Part shown: one piece after another, positions 1 to 8,124 of the stretch
Position numbering within the stretch: position 1 is the stretch's first letter
How the letters are laid out: every line of letters begins with the position of its first letter
DNA from: an uncultured Chloroflexia bacterium
GTDB lineage: Bacteria; Chloroflexota; Anaerolineae; Anaerolineales; Anaerolineaceae
Length of the DNA stretch: 32,000 bases
Direction: 5' to 3'
Assembly (NCBI GenBank): GCA_963704755.1
Contig: OY969938.1
Location: 4,740,001-4,772,000, forward strand
The notes under the pieces: generated by a model
What the model was told of the DNA's origin: nothing
The model's database searches: none
The model's input: only the letters and a program-made list of their open reading frames with translations
Translations under genes and position numbers: made by a program

Positions 1-261
1 GCCGGCGCCCACATTGACGATAGGCGTGACGGCGATCCGCTTGTTGACCACCGGGATGGCATAATCGGCGCTGACCGCTTCGCAGGTGGCGACCAGTTTC
101 CCGGCCTGGCGGCGGATCTTTTCTTTGATCGCCTGGCAGGTGCTTTCGACGCTGACGCGGTGGCAGTCGAGCAGGCTGATGCCCATGGTCACGGTGCGCA
201 CATCCAGCTTTTCTTTCTGGATCATATCAACCGTATTGAGAATTTCTTCGGATTGAATCAT
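1..261 (-). CDS. UPF0210/DUF711 (PFL-like) family protein, N-terminal 87 codons only; the gene runs off the left edge of the window
   Basis: Hand translation of the reverse strand from the ATG at 261-259 gives MIQSEEILNTVDMIQKEKLDVRTVTMGISLLDCHRV..., matching the conserved UPF0210 N-terminus (..IRT[IV]TMGISLLDC). It is absent from the ORF track because no stop lies in the window. It sits just downstream of an ACT-domain gene, the usual partner. Confidence 0.7.
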   Translation of the reverse strand, partial: MIQSEEILNTVDMIQKEKLDVRTVTMGISLLDCHRVSVESTCQAIKEKIRRQAGKLVATCEAVSADYAIPVVNKRIAVTPIVNVGAG

Positions 262-350
262 GAGGTTACTTCCTATCGAAAATGGCTTTCCTCTTGGGGA
301 GAGCCGCCAGAAAATTTGGTTGGGGGGTGAAAGCCAAAATATGCGGAGAT

Positions 351-929
351 TTAATGAATGGGAAAATTGATTTCGTTGACGGCTTTGAAGATGTCGTAAT
401 GCTGCAAGACGACTTTCAAACCGGTTGCTCGAGAAAATTCCACCAAATCCTGGCGGACGATGTCGATCGAGGCCGTACGGCTGGCATCGATGATCAAAAT
501 CATCACGTAAGCGCCATCTGAGACGGTAGTGGAAAGATCGAGAATGTTCAGGTTGTGTTTCACACAAAAGGAGGATACGGTGGCCACAAAGCCGATGCGG
601 TCCTCCCCGGTAGCGGTTAAGACGTAGGCATTATCCGGGATGTGCGGGCAAGAATTTTGGATCGAATCATCGACCGGTTTAATCACCGAATCGATCACGG
701 TATCGCTATGGGCATCGATTTCGGCGAATTTTCGCTCGATATCGCGTTGGCTGATACTGGTGGGAAAAGATACCAGCAAGATCATGGTGAAATACCCGCA
801 TAAAACACTCTGGCGGATATCGGCGATGTTGCCGGACAAATCGCAGATCGCGTTGGAAACTTCGTGGACAATGCCGACCCGATCGCGGGACATAATCGAA
901 ATTACAAATTCTTGTTGCGTTGTTTCCAT
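351..929 (-). CDS. Tandem ACT-domain protein (GcvR/UPF0237-like, two ACT repeats)
   Basis: 192-aa ORF with two repeats of the ACT pattern (FVISIMSRDRVGIVHEVSNAICDLSGNI... and YVLTATGEDRIGFVATVSSFCVKHNLNI...). It is co-directional with, and upstream of, the UPF0210 gene. Confidence 0.8.
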   Translation of the reverse strand: METTQQEFVISIMSRDRVGIVHEVSNAICDLSGNIADIRQSVLCGYFTMILLVSFPTSISQRDIERKFAEIDAHSDTVIDSVIKPVDDSIQNSCPHIPDNAYVLTATGEDRIGFVATVSSFCVKHNLNILDLSTTVSDGAYVMILIIDASRTASIDIVRQDLVEFSRATGLKVVLQHYDIFKAVNEINFPIH

Positions 930-1160
930 AGAAAACCCTTGCAGGATATGAAAAATAAAAACCGTGATAACTGCCCAGGCAGGTTCAAAAAAGGAGTGGA
1001 TTATTATTTTGCGCCGGCCGAGAAGTATAAAACTGGAAAACTTGCTCTACCTGTAGGAAGAATGTGCTTTCCAAACAAGCAGGGGCAGTTCCAAACCTGG
1101 TTGAATTATATGTGGGTTTTCCCGATTCGGTGGGATTAATGGATTGCGGGATTGCTGTGA

Positions 1161-1394
1161 AAAGACATCTCGAAATGCTGCAAGGACATTCTTCCCATTC
1201 GCCAATTGAGAGACAGTTCCGCTGGCAAAGTGCGCACCCTTGCAGCGACTTTGATCAGCGCCGGTCGTTTCGATCCACAGACACCGCTGGCCTGCGCCGC
1301 TCAATTGGCCACGGGAACTGCCTCGGGCAGGCTGGTTGTGTTCGAGAACAGCGGGCATTTCCCATTTTTTGAGGAAAAGGGCCGGTTTGTCTAG
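1161..1394 (+). pseudogene. 3' remnant of an alpha/beta-hydrolase gene (C-terminal ~78 codons, no nucleophile-elbow region)
   Basis: The open frame after the TGA at 1158-1160 reads ...KVRTLAATLISAGRFDPQTPLACAAQLATGTASGRLVVFENSGHFPFFEE. This is the typical C-terminal block of alpha/beta hydrolases (PTLVI.GR.D..TP......IP.A.LVVFE.SGH.PF.E). No matching N-terminal part or credible start lies upstream. Confidence 0.4.
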
Positions 1395-1594
1395 TCGCTG
1401 AATGATTTTTTTGCGAGGAAGTTCGGTGAATAAAACGACCGGATAAGGACTTTGCCAACCAGTTTATCATTTTCTTTTGTGAAATGCGGCATTGTGTACG
1501 ATAAAATGCTATAATAATTATTAAGATAGACAATATCCGAATTAATTCCCATTGACCCAGATGCGGGCTTGTTCTGGCCCGATGGCCAAATCTT

Positions 1595-3265
1595 ATGGTT
1601 GATAATACTGGTAGAAAAATGTCTGACATCTATAATGTCCCAGAAACGGCCATCCTGGCGCTCACTACTTCTGAACGAGAGCGGCTGCAAGATTATTGGA
1701 CCGTTTATGTGGCTCACCGGAAGGAAATTGACCAGGAAATCCTGCGCCAGGTGGTCGCTTTTCCTGAATTTAAAACGATTATCTTGAACCGCGACCAGTC
1801 ACAAAGCCAGGCTGCTGCCGGTTCGAATGGTCAGGATCTGCAAGAACGTGCGTTGATTTACAATGAGTGGGCGCCTTACCTGGAAAACCTTGAAAGACAG
1901 GGAAGTGATTATGCCCGTAAAGGATTGAGCTTCCAGGCCTGGTTCAAAATCGTTGGGGTTTTCCGGAAAACGATCACACCTTACCTGGTCGATGCGTTCA
2001 GCGCTGATCCGCAAAAGCTATTGGCCGTGACGAACGGCATGAATTTCCTGGTTGATCTTTCGATGGGCGTTATCGGTGAGGGTTACCTCAACGCCAAAGA
2101 GACGATTATCCGCCAACAGCAAGACGCGATCGGCGAAATGAGTGAAAGGAAAATTGCCGATAGTAAATTCCGCGGCTTACTTAAATCGGCCCCGGATGCC
2201 AATGTGATCGTAGATCCATCCGGGCGGATTTCGCTGGTGAACTCGCAGACCGAGCGCTTATTCGGCTATACCCGTGAAGAGGTCCTGGGCAAGAGCGTCG
2301 ATATGCTGGTCCCGCATCGTTTTCGGGCAGTTCACCCGCATCACCGCGACAGCTATATTGCGACACCCCGCTTCCGGCCAATGGGTGAAGGCCTGGAATT
2401 ATACGGACTGCGTAAAGATGGCAGCGAATTCCCGGTCGAGATCAGCCTCAGCCCATTGGATAGCGAGGATGAACTGCTGGTTATCGCTTCCATCCGCGAC
2501 GTGACCGAACGCAAGCGGTTCGAGCAGACGTTGCGGGACAAGAACATCGAGCTTGAAAACGCGATACAAGCTAAGGACCGTTTTTTGGCCAGCATGTCGC
2601 ACGAATTGCGGACGCCGCTAAATGCAATCATGGGGTTCACGGGTACGTTGTTGATGAAACTACCCGGCCCGTTGACCGGCGAACAGGAAAAACAGCTCAA
2701 AACGATCCAAACCAGCGCCAAGCATTTGCTTTCGCTGATCAATGATTTGCTGGACCTGGCCAAGATCGAATCCGGTAAAGTCGAACTGAACTTTGAGCCG
2801 GTCATCTGCCAGGCAGCGCTGGAAGAAGTCCGGGCAACCTTGCAGCCCATGGCCGAAATCAAGGGGTTGCAATTTACCCTGGTTTTGCCCCCCGAACCGG
2901 TGATCTTGAACACCGACCGGCGAGCGTTTAGCCAAATTATCATCAACCTGGCCAATAACGCGATCAAGTTTACCGAAACCGGCCAGGTACAGATCGAAAT
3001 GACCATCACAAATCCTCCGGATGGACAGGGAGGCAGGGTGAATTTCTGTGTCAAAGACACCGGCATGGGCATCCGGGCTGAGGACCAGGACAAACTGTTC
3101 AAGGCCTTCGAACGAATCGAAACGACGCGCAGCCGGCGCATAGAAGGCACCGGCCTGGGATTGTATCTCTGTCAAAAGCTGGCGCTCTTATTAGGAGCAC
3201 AAATTTCATTCGAAAGCGAGTTTGGTAAAGGCAGTGCTTTTTGTTTGAATTTCCCGCTCGCGTAA
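1595..3265 (+). CDS. Sensor histidine kinase: N-terminal helical sensor domain, PAS, HisKA, HATPase_c
   Basis: 556-aa ORF. H-box SHELRTPLNAIMGF, N-box NLANNAIKFT, G1 DTGMGI, G2 GTGLGLYLC. PAS-like segment VIVDPSGRISLVNSQTERLFGYTREEVLGKSVDMLVP. The start could also be the ATG at 1619. Confidence 0.9.
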   Translation: MVDNTGRKMSDIYNVPETAILALTTSERERLQDYWTVYVAHRKEIDQEILRQVVAFPEFKTIILNRDQSQSQAAAGSNGQDLQERALIYNEWAPYLENLERQGSDYARKGLSFQAWFKIVGVFRKTITPYLVDAFSADPQKLLAVTNGMNFLVDLSMGVIGEGYLNAKETIIRQQQDAIGEMSERKIADSKFRGLLKSAPDANVIVDPSGRISLVNSQTERLFGYTREEVLGKSVDMLVPHRFRAVHPHHRDSYIATPRFRPMGEGLELYGLRKDGSEFPVEISLSPLDSEDELLVIASIRDVTERKRFEQTLRDKNIELENAIQAKDRFLASMSHELRTPLNAIMGFTGTLLMKLPGPLTGEQEKQLKTIQTSAKHLLSLINDLLDLAKIESGKVELNFEPVICQAALEEVRATLQPMAEIKGLQFTLVLPPEPVILNTDRRAFSQIIINLANNAIKFTETGQVQIEMTITNPPDGQGGRVNFCVKDTGMGIRAEDQDKLFKAFERIETTRSRRIEGTGLGLYLCQKLALLLGAQISFESEFGKGSAFCLNFPLA

Positions 3266-3326
3266 GCCGGCTTTTATTTTCTCTCCCCGTGCTTTAAGAG
3301 GAGAGTCGCTGCCAGAGGAAAAGACC

Positions 3327-4121
3327 ATGGCAAAAATCCTGATCATCGAAGACAATGAAACCAACCTTGAGCTGATGGTCTATCTCTTGAAGGCCTTTGG
3401 CCATGAACCCAGTGAAGCAATGACTGGTGAGGATGGGATCGAAGCGCTGAATCAGGAACTCCCTGACCTGATCCTATGCGATTTACAGTTGCCAGGTATG
3501 GATGGTTACGAAGTAGCCAATATCCTGAAAAACCGGCCATCTCTGGCGCAAATTCCCCTGGTTGCGGTGACTGCCTTTGCGATGGTTGGCGACCAGGAAA
3601 AGGTACTCAATGCCGGCTTCAATGGCTATATCGCTAAACCCATCGCGCCGGATTTGTTCGTTGGCCAGGTAGAAAAATTCTTGTTGTTCAAATCGATCCC
3701 ATTCAAGCCGCACACTTTTGACAACAACGTTGAAAGTACACCGGTACCCTCCAAACACAAATCCATTTTGCTGGTGGATGACATGGCAATCAACCTGGAG
3801 GTGCTGAAAAGTGTGCTCAATCTGTCTGGCTACGACGTTGTCCCGGCCCGTTCAGTCGAGCAGGCCCTGACCCTTGCCCACCAAACGCCCCCGGACCTGG
3901 TCTTGACTGACCTGATTATGCCCGGCCAGGATGGGTTCGACTTACTGCAAGCCGTAAAATCTGATCCAGGGTTAGCACATATCCCTGTGGTGGTCCATTC
4001 CGCTTCTTCACCGAGCCTGGTGGACCGGCAGCGGGCTATTAACCTGGGTGCATCCAATTTTATTATTCGCCCTATCGAGACTGACAAATTTCTGCTAGAG
4101 ATCGAAAAAAGCCTGGATTAG
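3327..4121 (+). CDS. Double receiver-domain response regulator (REC-REC, no output domain)
   Basis: 264 aa. REC1 has ILIIEDNETN...DLILCDLQLPGMDGYEV...AKP. REC2 has ILLVDDMAINL...DLVLTDLIMPGQDGFDL. A GAGGAAAAG Shine-Dalgarno lies upstream of the ATG. Confidence 0.9.
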   Translation: MAKILIIEDNETNLELMVYLLKAFGHEPSEAMTGEDGIEALNQELPDLILCDLQLPGMDGYEVANILKNRPSLAQIPLVAVTAFAMVGDQEKVLNAGFNGYIAKPIAPDLFVGQVEKFLLFKSIPFKPHTFDNNVESTPVPSKHKSILLVDDMAINLEVLKSVLNLSGYDVVPARSVEQALTLAHQTPPDLVLTDLIMPGQDGFDLLQAVKSDPGLAHIPVVVHSASSPSLVDRQRAINLGASNFIIRPIETDKFLLEIEKSLD

Positions 4122-4141
4122 GGATAAGGAAAAATCGAGCT

Positions 4142-6637
4142 ATGGCTACTATCCTGGTTGTAGATGACCAACCGGAAAACCGGGAATTATTGGTCACCCT
4201 TTTGCAATATCAAGGCCATACCATGCTGGAGGCAGGCGATGGCCAGGAGGCATTGGAGGTCACCCGGAATGAGCACCCTGAGCTGGTCATTACCGATGTG
4301 TTGATGCCGACGATGGACGGCTATGAATTTGTGCGCCAGCTACGCCTGGATCCCCAGATCGACCACACTTCCATCATTTTTTACACGGCTACTTACCTGG
4401 AATTTGAGGCGCGCAGCCTGGCAGAGGCTTGCGGGGTGGACCATATTTTGATCAAACCGGTCGAGCCGCAAAAGGTTTTTGAAGTAGTCAATGACGTCCT
4501 AACCACCACGAAGCAGATCCCGGAGCCGTTGCCGGTAGAAATGTTTGGTGAGCAGCATCTGGTGCTTTTGACCAACAAGCTGGCCGAGAAGATCGAAGAC
4601 CTGGAAAAGGTAAACCTGCGCTTGCAGACCGAGATTCAGCAGCGAAAAGTGATCGAAGAGGCCCTGCGCCGTTCGGAAGAGCATTACCGCCTGCTGTTCG
4701 AGAAGAACCCGCTCCCGTTATGGGTTTATGATCTGAGAACCTTGCACTTTCTGGCGGTCAATGAGGCCGCCATTAATCATTATGGTTATAGCCAGGCGGA
4801 ATTTTTGGACCGGTCCATCAAGGACATCTGGTTAGAGGCCGAGACGCAAGGATCAAACCCCGGACAGGCCGGTTCGCCGGGTGGACCGGAAGAGCTGCCG
4901 GCCTGGGTCCACCGTAAGAAAGACGGGAGTCTGATCCAGGTAGAAGTCACCGCGCATGAAATCGAGTTCAACGACCGCCCGGCCAGATTGGTGATCGCCA
5001 ATGATGTGACGGCTAAGCTCCAGGCCGAACAGGAAGTCCGCCGCCGGCTGGCAGAACTGGAGGCCATTAACAGGATCTCATCCACGTTGAGAGCTGCCCA
5101 GGGACTGAGCGAGATGGTCACCTCGCTCCTGGATGAATCGCTGGATATTTTCGGGTTTCGCGAAGGCGGTATTTTTTTCTTCGATAAACTCAACAACGAA
5201 CTTCGTGTAGCCTACTCGCGCGGTTGGCCGGAAATGCCGGCTAAACTGAATCTAAGCGCGTTCCGCCTCAGCACTGAACTCAAGGACGGGATTCCAAGTA
5301 TTATCGAGGACATGCAGAATTCAACCGGTATACCCGAAGAGCTGCGAGAGCAGATTCCGGCAAATACCCAAGGTGTGTGTATCCCGGTGCGCGAAGAAGA
5401 CGAAGTAGTGGGGGCCATGCTGGTCACTGACGAAGCCGGCCGTACGATTAGCGAAACGGACCTGAACCTGCTGGTGACTATGGCCGAAATTGCCGGGAAC
5501 GCCTTTCAACGCACCCGGCTGTTCGAGCAAACCCAGCAGCGTTTGCAGCGGATCGATGCACTCCATAAGATCGACATTTCGATCAGCAGTAACTCGGATC
5601 TACAACTGACGCTAAATTTTTTGCTCGACCAGGTGCTGCTTCATTTGAAAGTCGATGCAGCCGACATTTTGCTGCTCAACCCGTTTTCGCAAACGTTGGA
5701 ATTTTCAGCCGGGAGAGGCTTCCGCAGCGGTATTGCCGGGTTTGCACCGCTGCACCTGGATAAAGACCAGGCCGGCAAAGCAGTACTCGACCGGGATACG
5801 GTCAAGGTTTCGAACCTCAGCCAATTCCAAAACTTCACCACACGTTCCTCGGTATTGACCGCCGAAGGTTTCGACGCCTATTATGGCGCGCCGCTCATTT
5901 CCAAAGGCATGGTCCGCGGGGTCCTGGAAACATTTTTGAAAAAGCCATTTTCAGCCGATGCGGATTGGGTCAACTACCTGGAAACATTGGCCGGGCAAGC
6001 CGCGATTGCCGTCGATAACCATGCCCTGTTTACCGACTTACAGCAGTCGGAGACCGAACTTCTGCTGGCTTACGAGGCTACGATCGAGGGCTGGTCGCGG
6101 GCGCTCGACTTACGGGATAAGGAAACCGAGGGACACACCCAGCGGGTAACCGATGCGACCCTGGTGCTGGCGCGTAAATTTGGCTTTGGGGATAAAGACC
6201 TGGTTCATATCCGCCGGGGGTCCACGCTGCACGACATCGGCAAAATGGGTGTGCCGGATGCCATCTTGCACAAACCCGGTCCTTTGACCGAAGAAGAATG
6301 GAAAATCATGCGCAGACATCCCGAATTTGCCTACGAGATGCTTGCCCCGATCCGATATTTGCGCTCGGCTCTGGATATTCCCTATTGCCACCACGAAAAA
6401 TGGGATGGCAGCGGTTATCCGCGCGGGCTGAAGGAGGATCAAATCCCATTGACGGCCCGTATTTTTGCCGTGGTGGATGTGTGGGATGCGCTGCGTTCGG
6501 ACCGGCCTTACCGCGAAGCCTGGCCAAAGGATGAAGTTGAAACATACATTCGGGAAAAGTCCGGAACGCATTTCGACCCCGAGGTGGCAAACATTTTCCT
6601 GGGGTCGAATGAGATCTTGAACGAAGTCCGGCTTTAG
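4142..6637 (+). CDS. Response regulator with PAS, two GAF-like domains and an HD-GYP phosphodiesterase output
   Basis: 831 aa. REC ILVVDDQPENRELL...VITDVLMPTMDGYEF, then a coiled coil and PAS (YRLLFEKNPLPLWVYD). Two GAF-like blocks follow. The HD-GYP motifs are GSTLHDIGKMGVPD and HHEKWDGSGYPRGL. Confidence 0.9.
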   Translation: MATILVVDDQPENRELLVTLLQYQGHTMLEAGDGQEALEVTRNEHPELVITDVLMPTMDGYEFVRQLRLDPQIDHTSIIFYTATYLEFEARSLAEACGVDHILIKPVEPQKVFEVVNDVLTTTKQIPEPLPVEMFGEQHLVLLTNKLAEKIEDLEKVNLRLQTEIQQRKVIEEALRRSEEHYRLLFEKNPLPLWVYDLRTLHFLAVNEAAINHYGYSQAEFLDRSIKDIWLEAETQGSNPGQAGSPGGPEELPAWVHRKKDGSLIQVEVTAHEIEFNDRPARLVIANDVTAKLQAEQEVRRRLAELEAINRISSTLRAAQGLSEMVTSLLDESLDIFGFREGGIFFFDKLNNELRVAYSRGWPEMPAKLNLSAFRLSTELKDGIPSIIEDMQNSTGIPEELREQIPANTQGVCIPVREEDEVVGAMLVTDEAGRTISETDLNLLVTMAEIAGNAFQRTRLFEQTQQRLQRIDALHKIDISISSNSDLQLTLNFLLDQVLLHLKVDAADILLLNPFSQTLEFSAGRGFRSGIAGFAPLHLDKDQAGKAVLDRDTVKVSNLSQFQNFTTRSSVLTAEGFDAYYGAPLISKGMVRGVLETFLKKPFSADADWVNYLETLAGQAAIAVDNHALFTDLQQSETELLLAYEATIEGWSRALDLRDKETEGHTQRVTDATLVLARKFGFGDKDLVHIRRGSTLHDIGKMGVPDAILHKPGPLTEEEWKIMRRHPEFAYEMLAPIRYLRSALDIPYCHHEKWDGSGYPRGLKEDQIPLTARIFAVVDVWDALRSDRPYREAWPKDEVETYIREKSGTHFDPEVANIFLGSNEILNEVRL

Positions 6638-6641
6638 GCTT

Positions 6642-7988
6642 TTACGGCGCTGGGGTAAATTCTACGTCAACCGGCATACCCGGCTTTAACCTCCCGTCCA
6701 CGTTTTGGATGCCGAGCTGTACCGCGTAGACGGTGGTCTGGCGCTGGTCGGTGGTTTGAACGTTACGCGGGGTAAACTCAGCCTGATCGGAGATGCGCGA
6801 GACGGTCGCGCTGAAATTCTGGCCGGGGAAAGAGTTTACCGTGAGCACGGCCTGTTCGCCCAGGCTGACCTGGCCATACTGGTTCTCGGGGATATAAACG
6901 GTTACGGTCAGGTGATCCAGGCTGGCCAGGCTCAGGCCGGTCATACCGGCTTGCAGTATTTCACCCGGCTGGGCGCTGCGGGTCAACACGACACCGTCCA
7001 GGGGAGATGTGACGGTCAGTTGGGCGATCTGTGCATCCACGAAGTCGAGGTCTGCCTTAGCCTGGTCCACGGCGGCTTTGGCCTGCTGTAAGGCTGCGCT
7101 GGCCTGGTCAACCGTTTGTGAGGCAGCCTGGAGCTCCAGCGAGTGACTGCCCGTTTGCAGGGCGGCCAGGGCGATGCGAGCAGCGTTATCCCGTTCCTGG
7201 GCCACGGTGACTTTGGCGCGCGCTATGAGCACGTCCTGGGCGCCTTCGGTCGTGATCGTATCGTCATAGGTTTTTTGGGCGTTCTCCAGGTCGGATTGGG
7301 CGTCGTCCAGGGCAGATTGAGCTGCATCGCGGACTTCACCGGAGGATGTGGCTTTATTACTCTGGTCGAGCACCGTTTTAGCCACGTTATAGCGGCTGCG
7401 GGCCTGGGCCAACTGCGTTTCGGCCTGCAAAAACTGGTTGCTGCCGGCGTTTTTCTTGATGCCGTCCAGGTTATCCTGGGCCTGCTGCAAAGCCGTATCG
7501 GCCGCCTGGATTTCCGCCTGGGCAGCGCTGATGCGTTCATCGCTGGGATAATACCAATCCGGTAGTTTCAAGGCACTGCTGGCGGTCTTTTGCAAGGTAG
7601 AAAGAAGGTCGGCCTGGTCCTGGCCGGTCGCTGCCTCCTGGGCCAGGGTGTATTGGGTCTGGGCGGAGTCCAAAGCAGCCTGCGCGACCTGGACGCCGGC
7701 CTGAGCGGCCGTCAGGCCGGCCGCGGCCGTCTGGCGCTGCGATTGCAATAATGCCCCGTCGATTTTCAACAGGGTGTCGCCGGTCTTAACTGTGTCGCCT
7801 TCCGCGACCGGCACTTCAATCACCCGGCCGCTGACGGCCGGCGCGATATTGACCTCGGTGGCCTCGATCAGGCCGGAGGCACGCAGAGTTGTGCTGGTGT
7901 TGGTGGCGGTCAAGGCGCTGCAGCCGGTTGTGACCGTGAGCAGCACTGCGAGTGCTACGGATAAGATTATCCCGTGATTGATTTTCAT
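6642..7988 (-). CDS. HlyD-family periplasmic adaptor (membrane fusion) protein, probable lipoprotein
   Basis: 448 aa. The N-terminal signal ends in a TTGC lipobox-like Cys. It has a barrel/lipoyl motif (IEATEVNIAPAVSGRVIEVPVAEGDTVKTGDTLLKID) and a long Ala/Gln-rich coiled coil. The C-terminal beta domain reads VYAVQLGIQNVDGRLKPGMPVDVEF. Confidence 0.85.
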   Translation of the reverse strand: MKINHGIILSVALAVLLTVTTGCSALTATNTSTTLRASGLIEATEVNIAPAVSGRVIEVPVAEGDTVKTGDTLLKIDGALLQSQRQTAAAGLTAAQAGVQVAQAALDSAQTQYTLAQEAATGQDQADLLSTLQKTASSALKLPDWYYPSDERISAAQAEIQAADTALQQAQDNLDGIKKNAGSNQFLQAETQLAQARSRYNVAKTVLDQSNKATSSGEVRDAAQSALDDAQSDLENAQKTYDDTITTEGAQDVLIARAKVTVAQERDNAARIALAALQTGSHSLELQAASQTVDQASAALQQAKAAVDQAKADLDFVDAQIAQLTVTSPLDGVVLTRSAQPGEILQAGMTGLSLASLDHLTVTVYIPENQYGQVSLGEQAVLTVNSFPGQNFSATVSRISDQAEFTPRNVQTTDQRQTTVYAVQLGIQNVDGRLKPGMPVDVEFTPAP

Positions 7989-8016
7989 TTCAGCCTCCCG
8001 ACTACGATTAGGATCA

Positions 8017-8090
8017 AATTATTTGTAACTTCTCAGGCTTATCCCAAATTCGGTTTTCTTACCCGATCGACTGAGCAATTACAATTATTT
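8017..8090. mobile_element. Internally deleted copy (58 bp, 8025-8082) of the nested-palindrome MITE-like family, flanked by a perfect 8-bp direct repeat AATTATTT
   Basis: Termini are GTAACTTCTCAGGC (8025-8038) and GACTGAGCAATTAC (8069-8082), 11/14 complementary. AATTATTT occurs at 8017-8024 and 8083-8090. The interior keeps CCCAAATTCGG..TTTTC, which resembles the right half of the full-length copies. Confidence 0.65.
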
Positions 8091-8124
8091 ATGTGCAAGC
8101 CCGGTGGGGATGAACCCTTTTGGC

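Noticed and set aside
282-521. 79-aa plus-strand ORF
   Set aside because: It is antisense to the well-supported ACT-domain gene and has no motifs.
966-1092. Possible decayed MITE copy (GATAACTGCCCAGGC ... GCAGGGGCAGTTCC, flanks AAAACCGT / AAACCTGG)
   Set aside because: The termini match only about 10 of 14 positions, there is no internal long hairpin, and the flanks are only loosely similar. It is too degenerate to call as a feature, so it is mentioned only as a hint in the hydrolase-remnant finding.
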